A stretch of 64,000 bases of DNA, taken from positions 3,889 to 67,888 of the forward strand of contig JALVDV010000001.1 in assembly GCA_027008775.1 (NCBI GenBank), in the 5' to 3' direction. Of this stretch, positions 17,565 to 27,219 are shown one piece after another. The stretch's first letter is position 1; each line of letters opens with the position of its first letter. The position numbers and the translations under genes were made by a program. This stretch comes from Candidatus Moraniibacteriota bacterium. Its GTDB lineage: Bacteria; Patescibacteriota; Minisyncoccia; Moranbacterales; DUUL01. Below the pieces are notes generated by a model that was not told the origin of the DNA, did no database searches, and saw only the letters and a program-made list of their open reading frames with translations.

Positions 17565-18557
17565 ATGCTCAAGAAAATGGAAAATAAAACTAAAAAAGAC
17601 GATACCAAGCCAACGACTTGGCCACTGCGATTGACGGCCAAGGCGGTCATTTTTAATCCCCGGGGAGAGGTCTTGATTTTGCAAAGATCTGACCAAGAAA
17701 AAACGAACCGGAACGCCTATGACCTTCCCGGAGGCACCCTGGAAAAAGGAGAAACAATTTCCGAGGGTCTGGCTAGGGAAATAGCTGAGGAAACAGGTCT
17801 AAGAATTAAGAATGCTCAGATCATCAGAATCAGCGAGTATCCCAAAGGCGATCCTCGTCTGGACGAAATTAAAGGTTTGCGTTTTGTTGTTAAATATGAG
17901 GGAGATGATTGGCAAAAAATCAAGCTGGACAAAAAGGAGCATCAAAAATTTGAATGGTTGCCGGTGAAAAAAGCCCTGGAAAGATTTTCTGATCGGGATG
18001 GCTTTGAAAAAGAAAAAAAAGAAACTATTAAATTGGCGCAGGAATGGTTGGAAAAAGAGGACGCCCTGAAGCGATGGCAGAGATGCCTGGCTGATTTTGA
18101 AAACTACAAAAAACAAAGCGCTCAACAGAATGAAGAATTTAAAAAATATGCCGCTGAAAATTTAATCGTTGATCTTCTTCCGGTTTTGGATAACTTTCAA
18201 GCTTCTTTGGAACACATTCCGGAAACGGAAAAAGAGAGCGGTTGGGTAACGGGAATTCTATATATCCAAAAACAATTGTTAGACGTTTTGGCCGGTCATG
18301 GCGTCAAGGCGATGAATGTCCAAGTTGGCGACACTTTTGATGCCGGCCAACACGAAGCCTTGCAAAGCTCTGCGAAACCGGAACCGGAAAAGAACAAAAA
18401 AGAAGAAAAGAGAAAAGAAGAAGACGTCCAAGAGAATAAAGAGAAAGAGGGGAAAGTTGATAAGCGGGACAACAGCCTCAAAATTACCAAGGTTATCAAA
18501 GACGGATACAGAATCGGCGACAAAGTCATCCGCCCGGCCTTGGTGGAGACAAGTTGA
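17565..18557 (+). CDS. grpE: Nudix hydrolase domain fused to nucleotide-exchange factor GrpE
   Basis: Nudix box GGTLEKGETISEGLAREIAEETGL in residues ~30-150. GrpE motifs ADFENYKKQ, LLPVLDNFQ, FDAGQHEAL, DGYRIGDKVIRPALV in residues ~165-330. Single uninterrupted ORF. Confidence 0.8.
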   Translation: MLKKMENKTKKDDTKPTTWPLRLTAKAVIFNPRGEVLILQRSDQEKTNRNAYDLPGGTLEKGETISEGLAREIAEETGLRIKNAQIIRISEYPKGDPRLDEIKGLRFVVKYEGDDWQKIKLDKKEHQKFEWLPVKKALERFSDRDGFEKEKKETIKLAQEWLEKEDALKRWQRCLADFENYKKQSAQQNEEFKKYAAENLIVDLLPVLDNFQASLEHIPETEKESGWVTGILYIQKQLLDVLAGHGVKAMNVQVGDTFDAGQHEALQSSAKPEPEKNKKEEKRKEEDVQENKEKEGKVDKRDNSLKITKVIKDGYRIGDKVIRPALVETS

Positions 18558-18644
18558 TTAAGGTCTGATTGTTGAAGATAAGTTTTTTGAGATTGACATA
18601 TTGTTTTCCCAAAAAGTGCTCATTAATCATATTTTATCGCTGAA

Positions 18645-20669
18645 ATGTTAGAAAAAGGCGAGAAACACTTTTTTCAAAATGAAAAAATAAGTTCCGAGAA
18701 AAAACCGGAAAAAAGTAAAAACAAAATTGAACGCAAGATTCCGGAAAAAATAATTGCTGAAGCTTTGGCTTGGCACAAATTGTTTCGTTCCGGCTGGTTA
18801 ACCGCTCACGAATTGGCGGAATTGGATAAAAATGCCAAACCGGAAGTGGAAGGAGAGATTTTCAAAGTTGAAACCGAGAAGCTATTGGTCATTAAAGAAA
18901 TTTTAGATAAAGATCTGAAAGATGATGATTTTAGGGAAAAAGTGACCACAGTCCTGCCCGACTTACTGCCACGTCCTTTTCAAGAAATGGAAGGAATGGA
19001 ACAAAGTCCCCCGCATGATTATTGGGATCCAATCGAGCATACTCTCAACGCCTTGGAATTGTTAGATACAAGGAAATTGGATTCTGAGCAAAGATTAATT
19101 GCTCGCACAGCTCTTATTTTTCATGACGTTGGCAAGGTTTTTGATCCAAAAAGCAGGTTGCACGCTTATCGCTCAGCAAAAATAGCGTGTAATTATTTGG
19201 AGAAAATGGGTTTTTCGGAGAAACAGCAAACTGAAATCTTGGGGCAAATAAGGTGTCATGACGCCCTGGGAGAGGTAACCAGAAGAGACGGAGAAAATAT
19301 GTTTAATTATGAAGATTTGCTTTTGTTTTTTCCGAATAAAAAATCTTTGGAGATTCACCGTGCCGTAGTAATGGCGGACATCGGTTCAATTCCGGGACTA
19401 AGCTGGACTTTGGATGACATTGAGGAGACTTACCGAATAGCTTTAAAAAAAATGGTTGGCAGGGAAAAAGTGTTGACGGAAAAGAAAAATAAATTACCGT
19501 TTCCGAGAGTAAGCGGACGAATATTCTTTGAGTTAAGAGAGATGCTTTCCAAGGGAGATGAAGCTCATTTTGATGATGTTAATTCCGAAGAAGATATTGA
19601 ATATAGGCGAAAAAAATTTGAAGGGGGACTGTACAGAGGTCAACGCTTTCGTGAAGGAGAAGAAATAGTTGCCGAATTCAAAGGAGTTACGACTGAAAAG
19701 AAAGACAAACTGGAAAAACTGCTTGTTCAGTCAAGTCTTGAAAATGAAAGAAAAACACTTTTCATTCTAAAACTTATGGGTCGGGATACGGATCGGCAGT
19801 TTGTGGAAAATTTAGAAAAAAAATACAATACTCCCTTGGACAATTTGAAGGCGATAGTCAACATCAACTTCATAACTTATCGCTTATGGGAGCTAAATTT
19901 TGAGGTTGAAAAAATAGGAGGAGAGCAAGACGAAAAAATAAAACTGATCAGAACAAAGCTCTTAAGTATTAAAAACAGGGCAGAAGAAATAGCTAAATAT
20001 AAAATGCTGGCTACTCATATCACAAGCGAATATTCTGCCGAAGAAATAAAAGAAAAGGGCGAATCAATATGGGCTTCGGATACCAGGCGAACCAATCACT
20101 ATGAAGGGAACGGGGTGTATTTGGGAGCGATGGGCAGTTTTAGGAATTGGGGGGAAATCAGTCTGGGAGAAAAAGGAGTGACATTCAAAGTTGATATTGA
20201 GCTAAGCAAGACCTTGCCGATAATAGTTGACTCTCGATATCCCAAACTGATGTTAGTTGTATTGAGTGAATATTTAGACGTCTTTTCAAAGAAAAAACAG
20301 GATACTACTCACGGCTTGAAACGTTGGTTAAAAGCTGACGACGAGAGTTATAATCTGAAAGGTTGGAAATTAAAATTGCTTAGTGAAGCGTTGGAAACAG
20401 ATATTTTTGTGATGAGAGATGAAGATGAAGAAAAAATGGCTGTGGCCAATACTGATGTCGATCCGATTGTTTGGGGAGTTTTGTGCCGCGCTCTAAAAAT
20501 AAACAGATTTATGCCAATGAGAGAGTTAAGAAAAATGTCTCTGCCGGTGATGCAATCTGCCGAAAAAGCTATTCAGGAGATAGAATTCAAAGATTATTAT
20601 AGCGGGCTGGCTCTAAAAGCGACTCGTTTGCGCGGAATTAACCCTCAAGAGTTTGAAAGAGAAATTTAG
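18645..20669 (+). CDS. Large (674 aa) hypothetical protein with N-terminal HD-type metal-dependent phosphohydrolase motifs
   Basis: H...HD...H...H...D pattern (EHTLNALELL; ALIFHDVGK; RLHAYR; RCHDALG; VVMADIG). The C-terminal ~430 aa have no recognisable domain. Confidence 0.55.
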   Translation: MLEKGEKHFFQNEKISSEKKPEKSKNKIERKIPEKIIAEALAWHKLFRSGWLTAHELAELDKNAKPEVEGEIFKVETEKLLVIKEILDKDLKDDDFREKVTTVLPDLLPRPFQEMEGMEQSPPHDYWDPIEHTLNALELLDTRKLDSEQRLIARTALIFHDVGKVFDPKSRLHAYRSAKIACNYLEKMGFSEKQQTEILGQIRCHDALGEVTRRDGENMFNYEDLLLFFPNKKSLEIHRAVVMADIGSIPGLSWTLDDIEETYRIALKKMVGREKVLTEKKNKLPFPRVSGRIFFELREMLSKGDEAHFDDVNSEEDIEYRRKKFEGGLYRGQRFREGEEIVAEFKGVTTEKKDKLEKLLVQSSLENERKTLFILKLMGRDTDRQFVENLEKKYNTPLDNLKAIVNINFITYRLWELNFEVEKIGGEQDEKIKLIRTKLLSIKNRAEEIAKYKMLATHITSEYSAEEIKEKGESIWASDTRRTNHYEGNGVYLGAMGSFRNWGEISLGEKGVTFKVDIELSKTLPIIVDSRYPKLMLVVLSEYLDVFSKKKQDTTHGLKRWLKADDESYNLKGWKLKLLSEALETDIFVMRDEDEEKMAVANTDVDPIVWGVLCRALKINRFMPMRELRKMSLPVMQSAEKAIQEIEFKDYYSGLALKATRLRGINPQEFEREI

Positions 20670-20674
20670 AAAAC

Positions 20675-20733
20675 TTGACAAAGTCAAGAAAACACTTATA
20701 ATAAAATTAGCAGACTGGATGGTGGAGTGCTAA
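20675..20733 (+). promoter_or_regulatory. Promoter (TTGACA-16-TATAAT) followed by a CIRCE operator upstream of hsp20
   Basis: TTGACA 20675-20680; TATAAT 20697-20702. TTAGCAGAC-N9-GAGTGCTAA at 20707-20733, with the right arm perfect to CIRCE consensus. Confidence 0.6.
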
Positions 20734-20852
20734 CTATAAAAATAATGTTTGTAGATAGTCAGCCTCCGCCACAGTTAAAATAAAATAAAAATTAATTTAA
20801 ATTCAAACGTTGGGCAATCAAGTTGGTATTGCCGACGGGAGAATCCAAAGTT

Positions 20853-21263
20853 ATGCGAAAAATAGTACCATTTGATCCTTTTAAAGAAGTCCCGGCTGTT
20901 TGGGGAGAAGAGTTTTTTGGTAATGTCGGCTTACCGGCGGTGGATGTTTACCAAAAAGGAGACGATGTCATCGTGGAAATGGAAGTGCCGGGAATCAAAA
21001 AGGACGACATTGACATTTCGGTGGAAAATGATGTTCTAACTGTCTCCGCGCGAAAGAGAGAGAAGAAGGAAGTTAAAAAAGAGGATTACTACCATAAAGA
21101 AATTCGGGAAGGTTCTTTCTCTCGCAGTGTTATTTTACCAATGAAAGTGAAAGGGGAAGAGGCTGAAGCGGAGATTAAAAATGGCGTTTTAAGAATCGTT
21201 CTTCCCAAGGCCGATGAGTTAAAACCCAAGAAAATCGCTATCAAAAGCAAGAAAGAAGAATAA
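20853..21263 (+). CDS. Hsp20/alpha-crystallin family small heat-shock protein
   Basis: Alpha-crystallin domain (VDVYQKGDDVIVEMEVPGIKKDDIDISVENDVLTVSA...GVLRIVLPK). ATG at 20853; the ORF-track start 20823 is GTT. Confidence 0.9.
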   Translation: MRKIVPFDPFKEVPAVWGEEFFGNVGLPAVDVYQKGDDVIVEMEVPGIKKDDIDISVENDVLTVSARKREKKEVKKEDYYHKEIREGSFSRSVILPMKVKGEEAEAEIKNGVLRIVLPKADELKPKKIAIKSKKEE

Positions 21264-21269
21264 GAAAGT

Positions 21270-21301
21270 TGGGCCAAGAACAACTTGGCCCGGCTGCCGG
21301 G
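21270..21301 (+). terminator. GC-rich hairpin(s) after hsp20 (weak terminator/attenuator)
   Basis: gggccaag/cttggccc and gcccgg-ctg-ccgggc stems; the T-tail is weak. Confidence 0.35.
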
Positions 21302-21399
21302 CTGTTAAAACAAGATGAAAATTTTGGCGGTCCGGTTGCCTTGAGCAACACCAAAACAAAACTTTGGTTTAAACAATAAATATTAAAAAATAAAAAACT

Positions 21400-23364
21400 A
21401 TGTCAAAAGTTTTAGGAATTGATCTCGGTACCACCAACTCCGCTATGGCGGTAGTCAGAGGTGGAAAGCCGGAAATTATAGAAAATAAAGAAGGCAGTCG
21501 CACCACGCCTTCTATGGTGGCGGTCAACAAGAACGGGGAAAGATTGGTTGGTCTGTTGGCCAAGCGACAAGCGGTAACCAATCCGGAGAATACCATTTTT
21601 TCCGCCAAAAGATTGATTGGACGCAAGTATTCCGATCCGGAAGTGCAAGAAGCCAAGAAAACTTTGCCCTTCAAAATTGTGGAAGGCAAGAATGGCGCTG
21701 TGCATGTGGTGATGGGAGGGAAGGAGTATCGCCCGGCGGAAATTTCAGCTATGATTTTACAAAAACTGAAAAATGACGCCGAGGAGAAATTGGGCGAAAA
21801 AATTGAAAAAGCCGTTATTACCGTTCCTGCCTATTTTGACGACTCACAAAGAAAAGCCACCAAAGACGCCGGCCGGATTGCCGGTCTGGAAGTGGAGAGA
21901 ATTATCAACGAACCAACAGCCGCCGCTTTAGCCTACGGTTTTGATAAAAAGAAAGATGAAAAAATAGTCGTTTACGACTTGGGCGGTGGGACCTTTGATG
22001 TTTCCGTTCTGGAAGTTTCCGAGGATACGGTGGAAGTAAAATCAACCAGTGGAGATACTTACTTGGGTGGAGATGATTTTGACAAAAAAATCATTGATTG
22101 GATTATTGAAGAATTCAAAAAACAAGAAGGTATTGATTTATCTAAAGACAATCTTGCTTTGCAAAGAATTAAAGAATCAGCCGAAAAAGCCAAAATTGAG
22201 TTGTCCACCGCTCAAGAAACGGAAATCAATCAACCATTCATCACTTCCGGCGAAGATGGCCCTAAACATTTGGTTTTGAAATTAACCCGGGCCAAACTGG
22301 AAGAGTTGGTTAGCGACCTGGTTGATAAAACGATGATTCCCGTTGAAAAGGCACTGAAGTCTGCTGGTTTGAAGAAAGAGGATGTCAACGAAATTATTAT
22401 GGTTGGTGGAATGACCAGGATGCCGTTAATTCTTAGAAGGGTGGAAGAATTTTTTGGCAAAAAGCCTTCCACCAGCGTTAACCCGGATGAAGTGGTTGCC
22501 TTGGGCGCCGCCATCCAAGGAGCGGTTTTGCAAGGAGATGTTAAAGACGTTCTTCTTTTGGATGTTACTCCTCTAACTCTTGGTATTGAGACTTTGGGTG
22601 GAGTAATGACTCCATTGATAGAGGCTAACACGACCATCCCCACCAAGAAAACACAAATATTTTCTACAGCGGCTGACAATCAGCCCTCGGTGGAAATTCA
22701 CGTTTTGCAGGGAGAAAGAAAAATGGCGGCCGACAACAAAACCCTGGGTAGATTTATGTTGGACAATATTCCGCCGGCTCCTCGCGGAGTGCCACAGATT
22801 GAAGTTACTTTTGACTTGGATGCCAACGGTATTTTGAATGTTACTGCCAAAGATAAAGCCACCGGTAAAGAGCAAAGCATTCGTATTGAAGCTTCTTCCG
22901 ATTTAACCGAAGAAGAAGTTGAAAGGATGAAAAAAGAAGCGGAAGCTCACGCCGAAGAAGATAAAAAGAAAGCGGAAAAAGTGACCATCAGAAACACCGC
23001 CGATGCTTTGGTCTTCAGCACAGAAAAAGCTCTCAAGGAGGCCGGCGACAAAGTCAGCGCCGAAGAAAAGAAGCCGGTAGAGGAAAAACTGGAAGCTTTG
23101 AAAAAACTTCTCAAGGATGAGAAAGCTTCAATTGAAGATATCAAAAAAGCCTCCGAGGAGTTATCAACGGCCGCGCAGGCTATCGGTGAAAAACTTTACA
23201 AAGCGGCGCAAGAAAACAAGCAAGCTCAAGCTGGTACCGCCGATAATCAAAAACAAGAAAAAACCGATAACAAAGAAGAAGGTTCAGTTAAAGATGCTGA
23301 AGAAGTAAAAGAAGATCAGGAAAAGAAAGGGGAAGACAAAGATGATGAAAGCAAGGAAAAGTAG
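21400..23364 (+). CDS. dnaK: Molecular chaperone DnaK (Hsp70)
   Basis: [28 protein letters not shown]-terminal lid and EEVD-less acidic tail. Confidence 0.97.
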   Translation: MSKVLGIDLGTTNSAMAVVRGGKPEIIENKEGSRTTPSMVAVNKNGERLVGLLAKRQAVTNPENTIFSAKRLIGRKYSDPEVQEAKKTLPFKIVEGKNGAVHVVMGGKEYRPAEISAMILQKLKNDAEEKLGEKIEKAVITVPAYFDDSQRKATKDAGRIAGLEVERIINEPTAAALAYGFDKKKDEKIVVYDLGGGTFDVSVLEVSEDTVEVKSTSGDTYLGGDDFDKKIIDWIIEEFKKQEGIDLSKDNLALQRIKESAEKAKIELSTAQETEINQPFITSGEDGPKHLVLKLTRAKLEELVSDLVDKTMIPVEKALKSAGLKKEDVNEIIMVGGMTRMPLILRRVEEFFGKKPSTSVNPDEVVALGAAIQGAVLQGDVKDVLLLDVTPLTLGIETLGGVMTPLIEANTTIPTKKTQIFSTAADNQPSVEIHVLQGERKMAADNKTLGRFMLDNIPPAPRGVPQIEVTFDLDANGILNVTAKDKATGKEQSIRIEASSDLTEEEVERMKKEAEAHAEEDKKKAEKVTIRNTADALVFSTEKALKEAGDKVSAEEKKPVEEKLEALKKLLKDEKASIEDIKKASEELSTAAQAIGEKLYKAAQENKQAQAGTADNQKQEKTDNKEEGSVKDAEEVKEDQEKKGEDKDDESKEK

Positions 23365-23380
23365 CGATAATAAAAAAAAC

Positions 23381-23410
23381 AAAAACCCCGGGTTGCCCCG
23401 GGTTTTTGTT
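23381..23410 (+). terminator. Rho-independent terminator after dnaK
   Basis: aaaaccccggg-ttg-ccccgggttttt hairpin plus T-run. Confidence 0.65.
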
Positions 23411-23486
23411 TGGAAGACAAGTAAATATTGGCATTTTTTTAAAAACAAATTATAATTACCAGCGTCTAAATTTTTACAACAAAATT

Positions 23487-24860
23487 ATGAAATTAAATCC
23501 GGGAATTTTTAAGGCTTATGACATCCGAGGAATTTACCGGAAGGATATGGATGAGAAAACTTATTACCTGATTGGTCAAGCCATAGTCAAAGAATTACGA
23601 GCAAAAAAAATAGCCGTCGGTCACGACGCTCGTCCTTCTAGCCTCTCCTTATATAAAGCATTGATTCAGGGAATTGTTTCCACCGGAGCAAAAGTGATTG
23701 CTCTGGATTTGGTTACTACTCCTATGGTTTACTTTGCTTCACACCGTTTGAAGGTGGACGGCGCCGTAGCCGTCACTGCTTCCCATAATCCGCCCGAGTG
23801 GAATGGTCTGAAAATTTGCCGGCGCCGAGCCGTTCCGGTCGGTAGTGACAGTGGTTTAGACAAAATAAAAGATGAAGTTTTGCAAAAAGCCAAGAATATT
23901 GAAAATGTTTCTTTGAAATCGGAATCTCAGACAAAAGTTGTAGAAAAATTTGACATCAAACCGATTTACTACGAATACTTCAGTAAATTTGCTGAATTGG
24001 GGGAGCGGAAATTTAAGATAGTGATTGACTGCGCCAATGCTATGGGTGTTTTGGAACTACCAATATTTGAAAAATACCTAAAGAAACATTTTCAAGTTAT
24101 CAGGTTGTATTGTGATTTAAAAAATGCTTACCAAGGCTGTCACGAACCCAACCCTTTGAAAACCGAAACTCTACGAGATTTACAAGAAAAGGTTAAGAAA
24201 GAAAAAGCCGATCTGGGCTTGGCTTACGATGGCGACGCCGACCGAATCGGTTTTGTAGATGAAAAGGGCGAGATTATTCCCATGGATTTGGTTACCGCCC
24301 TAATTGCCGAATATTTTTTAAGCAAACCGGAAAATAAGGGAGCCACCATCCTTTATGATCTGCGTTCTTCTCGGGCGGTCAAAGAAGCTATTGAGACCAA
24401 CGGCGGTGTCGCTCACGAGTGTCGGGTCGGACACGCTTTCATCAAGAAACAAATGGCTGACGAAAAAGCTATTTTCGCCGGTGAATTATCTGGGCACTAC
24501 TATTTTCAAGCTAATGCCAATGCCGAAGTCAGCACCTTGGCCGCTTTGATTGTTTTGAATATGATGGCTAAAGAAAACAAACCTGTTTCCGAGTTTGTTG
24601 AAAAGTTGAGAAAATATCATCATAGTGGAGAAATCAACTTTCAAGTTGAGGATAAAGACAAAATTTTGGAAAAATTGAAAGAAAAATATAAAGATGGAAA
24701 ACTATCCACTTTGGACGGAATTAAAATAGAATATCCCCACTGGTGGTTTAACGTTCGCGCCAGCAACACGGAACCACTCTTAAGACTAAATCTGGAGGCT
24801 GACAGTCAAGAACTGTTACAAGAAAAAAAGAAAGAGCTGGCGCAAATCATTGAAAGTTAA
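23487..24860 (+). CDS. Phosphomannomutase/phosphoglucomutase (alpha-D-phosphohexomutase)
   Basis: Active-site TASHNPPEWNGLK, Mg-binding DGDADR, sugar-binding GELSGH. Confidence 0.88.
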   Translation: MKLNPGIFKAYDIRGIYRKDMDEKTYYLIGQAIVKELRAKKIAVGHDARPSSLSLYKALIQGIVSTGAKVIALDLVTTPMVYFASHRLKVDGAVAVTASHNPPEWNGLKICRRRAVPVGSDSGLDKIKDEVLQKAKNIENVSLKSESQTKVVEKFDIKPIYYEYFSKFAELGERKFKIVIDCANAMGVLELPIFEKYLKKHFQVIRLYCDLKNAYQGCHEPNPLKTETLRDLQEKVKKEKADLGLAYDGDADRIGFVDEKGEIIPMDLVTALIAEYFLSKPENKGATILYDLRSSRAVKEAIETNGGVAHECRVGHAFIKKQMADEKAIFAGELSGHYYFQANANAEVSTLAALIVLNMMAKENKPVSEFVEKLRKYHHSGEINFQVEDKDKILEKLKEKYKDGKLSTLDGIKIEYPHWWFNVRASNTEPLLRLNLEADSQELLQEKKKELAQIIES

Positions 24861-24875
24861 TCAATTCTTCTTACA

Positions 24876-25631
24876 ATGCCTAAAACTCAAAAGAAAAAAC
24901 CAATCCTCATTCTTCAATTTCGTCCGGAAACGGAAGTTTCCGATAGTGAATTTCAAGCTTTTCTGAAATATGGAGGGTTACAGCCAAACGAAGTGAAAAG
25001 AATCAGGGCCGAATTTAAAATGCCGGAGATAAACCTAGACGACTACAGCGCTGTGATTACCGGCGGAGGCCCTTATAATGTTTCCGAACACAAGAAAAAA
25101 CCAGTGCAAGAGGAAGTGGAGAAAAACCTCTTTTCTTTGTTGCAAAAAATTGCCGAAAAGGACTTTCCTCACCTGGGAAACTGTTATGGCTTTAGCGCCG
25201 GCGTGGTTGCTTGTGGAGGAGTGGTCTCCAAGAAAAAATATTCGGAAGATGCCGGCGCTGTCACCATTAATCTCACCGAAGAAGGGAAAAAAGACAAACT
25301 GTTGCGAGGCATAAAATCAAACTTCCGCGCTTTTGTCGGACATAAAGAAGCCTGTCAGCAACTACCGCCGGGAGCGGTCAATTTAGCCTACTCATCCACT
25401 TGTCCCTTTCATATGTTTCGTCTGGGAAAAAACGTATATGCCGCCCAATTTCATCCGGAATTGGATTATTCTGGTATTGCCGTTCGCATAGAATTTTACA
25501 AACATCATGGTTATTTTCCCCCGGAAGAAGCGGAGGCCTTGAAAGAAAAATTGGCTAAAGAAAACGTTAGCGAGCCGATGAAGATTCTAAAGAATTTTGT
25601 GGATATTTATTATCGTCAAAAGGAAAAATGA
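24876..25631 (+). CDS. Class I glutamine amidotransferase-like protein (standalone GATase1 domain)
   Basis: Nucleophile elbow GNCYGFS and catalytic FHPE motif. Confidence 0.65.
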   Translation: MPKTQKKKPILILQFRPETEVSDSEFQAFLKYGGLQPNEVKRIRAEFKMPEINLDDYSAVITGGGPYNVSEHKKKPVQEEVEKNLFSLLQKIAEKDFPHLGNCYGFSAGVVACGGVVSKKKYSEDAGAVTINLTEEGKKDKLLRGIKSNFRAFVGHKEACQQLPPGAVNLAYSSTCPFHMFRLGKNVYAAQFHPELDYSGIAVRIEFYKHHGYFPPEEAEALKEKLAKENVSEPMKILKNFVDIYYRQKEK

Positions 25632-25646
25632 AAATAAACCTAAAAT

Positions 25647-25675
25647 TTGACAAAGTTTTTTAGCAATCGTATAAT
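25647..25675 (+). promoter_or_regulatory. Consensus sigma70 promoter of the ATP synthase operon
   Basis: TTGACA (25647-25652), 17-nt spacer, TATAAT (25670-25675). Confidence 0.65.
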
Positions 25676-25709
25676 AAGAGCGTGGTCAAGAGCTTATACC
25701 ACGACGGAA

Positions 25710-26024
25710 ATGAGTAAATTTAAAAAAGAGAATAGAACAAAAGGAGGAGACGGTGATTGGTCTCTTTTCTCTTTGGCCTGGGATCTAGGTTGGATGATAG
25801 CCATTCCCATTATTCTCTTCGGAGTGGGTGGCGCGATTATGGACAAAAAACTGCACAGTTCTCCCTGGCTTCTTCTGTTAGGGTTTGCAATTTCTCTTAG
25901 CTTGACCTCTTTTTTTATTTATTTCAAAATAACCAAGGTGCTCAACGAAATTGATCAGAGCGCCGGCGAGACAAAAACATTAGCCAATCAACAAAACGAC
26001 AGGTATGACAGAGGCTCTCATTAA
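25710..26024 (+). CDS. AtpZ/AtpI-like small membrane protein preceding atpB
   Basis: Two TM helices (LAWDLGWMIAIPIILFGVGGAIM; LLLLGFAISLSLTSFFIYF) immediately upstream of atpB. The ORF-track TTG start at 25647 coincides with the promoter -35; the first ATG is at 25710. Confidence 0.45.
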   Translation: MSKFKKENRTKGGDGDWSLFSLAWDLGWMIAIPIILFGVGGAIMDKKLHSSPWLLLLGFAISLSLTSFFIYFKITKVLNEIDQSAGETKTLANQQNDRYDRGSH

Positions 26025-26769
26025 ACCATCATTCAAACCGGAAATCGTAGCCAATGTAGGAAATCTCCCGATAACCAATTCTTTTTTGGTTACAATTATT
26101 ATCAGTTTGATAATTATTATTGGAGCTTTGTCCATTAAAAAAAGACTGAAAAAGAATCAACCGGGCGGATTGCAAAATTTGATTGAATTGATTTTTGAGA
26201 AGTTACTGGAACTAATGGATGGTATCACCGGCAGTAGAGAGCAAACCAAACAGTTTTTTCCACTGGTGGCCACCATTTTTATTTTTGTTTTATTGGTGAA
26301 TTGGGTGGAGGTATTGCCCGGCTTGGGAACCATTGGGGTTGAACAACATCATCACGGAGAGAAAATTTTGGCGCCCTTTATCAGAAGTGGCGCCGCTGAT
26401 TTGAATCTAACCTTGGTTATCGCTCTAATTTCTGTTATTGCCACTCAAATTATTGGAGTCTCCGCCTTAGGTGTGAAAAAGTATTTGGGAAAATTTCTCG
26501 TTAGTCCTTTACAAAAACCGTATTTCATTGGCACTTTCGTTGGTTTGTTGGAAATTATTTCCGAGTTTGCCAAAATCATCTCTTTTTCCTTCCGTCTCTT
26601 TGGAAATATTTTTGCCGGGGAGGTGTTGTTGACGGTAATGTTAATGCTAGTGCCACTGTTTGTGCCATTGCCATTTTTGTTTTTGGAGATTTTCGTCGGT
26701 TTTATCCAAGCGGCCGTTTTTGCCATTTTAACACTGGTTTTTATGAAAATGGCCACCGAAGCGCACTGA
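26005..26769 (+). CDS. atpB: F0F1 ATP synthase subunit a
   Basis: Conserved Arg in SFRLFGNIFAGE; polytopic. Confidence 0.92.
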   Translation: MTEALIKPSFKPEIVANVGNLPITNSFLVTIIISLIIIIGALSIKKRLKKNQPGGLQNLIELIFEKLLELMDGITGSREQTKQFFPLVATIFIFVLLVNWVEVLPGLGTIGVEQHHHGEKILAPFIRSGAADLNLTLVIALISVIATQIIGVSALGVKKYLGKFLVSPLQKPYFIGTFVGLLEIISEFAKIISFSFRLFGNIFAGEVLLTVMLMLVPLFVPLPFLFLEIFVGFIQAAVFAILTLVFMKMATEAH

Positions 26770-26818
26770 GAAGTGATTTCAATTTTAAATTTTAATAATT
26801 TAAAAATTAATTAATTAA

Positions 26819-27103
<285 letters not shown>

Positions 27104-27110
27104 ATAGATA

Positions 27111-27137
27111 GTTATCAGTTATCAGTTATCGGTTCGC
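27111..27137. repeat. Left arm of a ~25-nt inverted repeat flanking the four-helix-bundle gene
   Basis: gttatcagttatcagttatcggttcgc; the reverse complement of 27598-27623 matches at ~24/25 positions. Confidence 0.7.
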
Positions 27138-27219
27138 AGCAAAATGTGAGCCGATGACGGGTAAGCGATGTGAATTAATTTGGAATTACAATTTGAAATG
27201 CATAAATGGATAAAAAAAT

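Noticed and set aside
18558-18644. CIRCE element upstream of the HD-domain gene (AAGTGCTCA)
   Set aside because: Only a partial right-arm-like match; no TTAGCA left arm at N9 spacing.
25647-25709. N-terminal extension of the atpZ-like ORF starting at TTG 25647
   Set aside because: The TTG is the TTGACA -35 box of a consensus promoter (TTGACA-17-TATAAT); translation more plausibly starts at ATG 25710.
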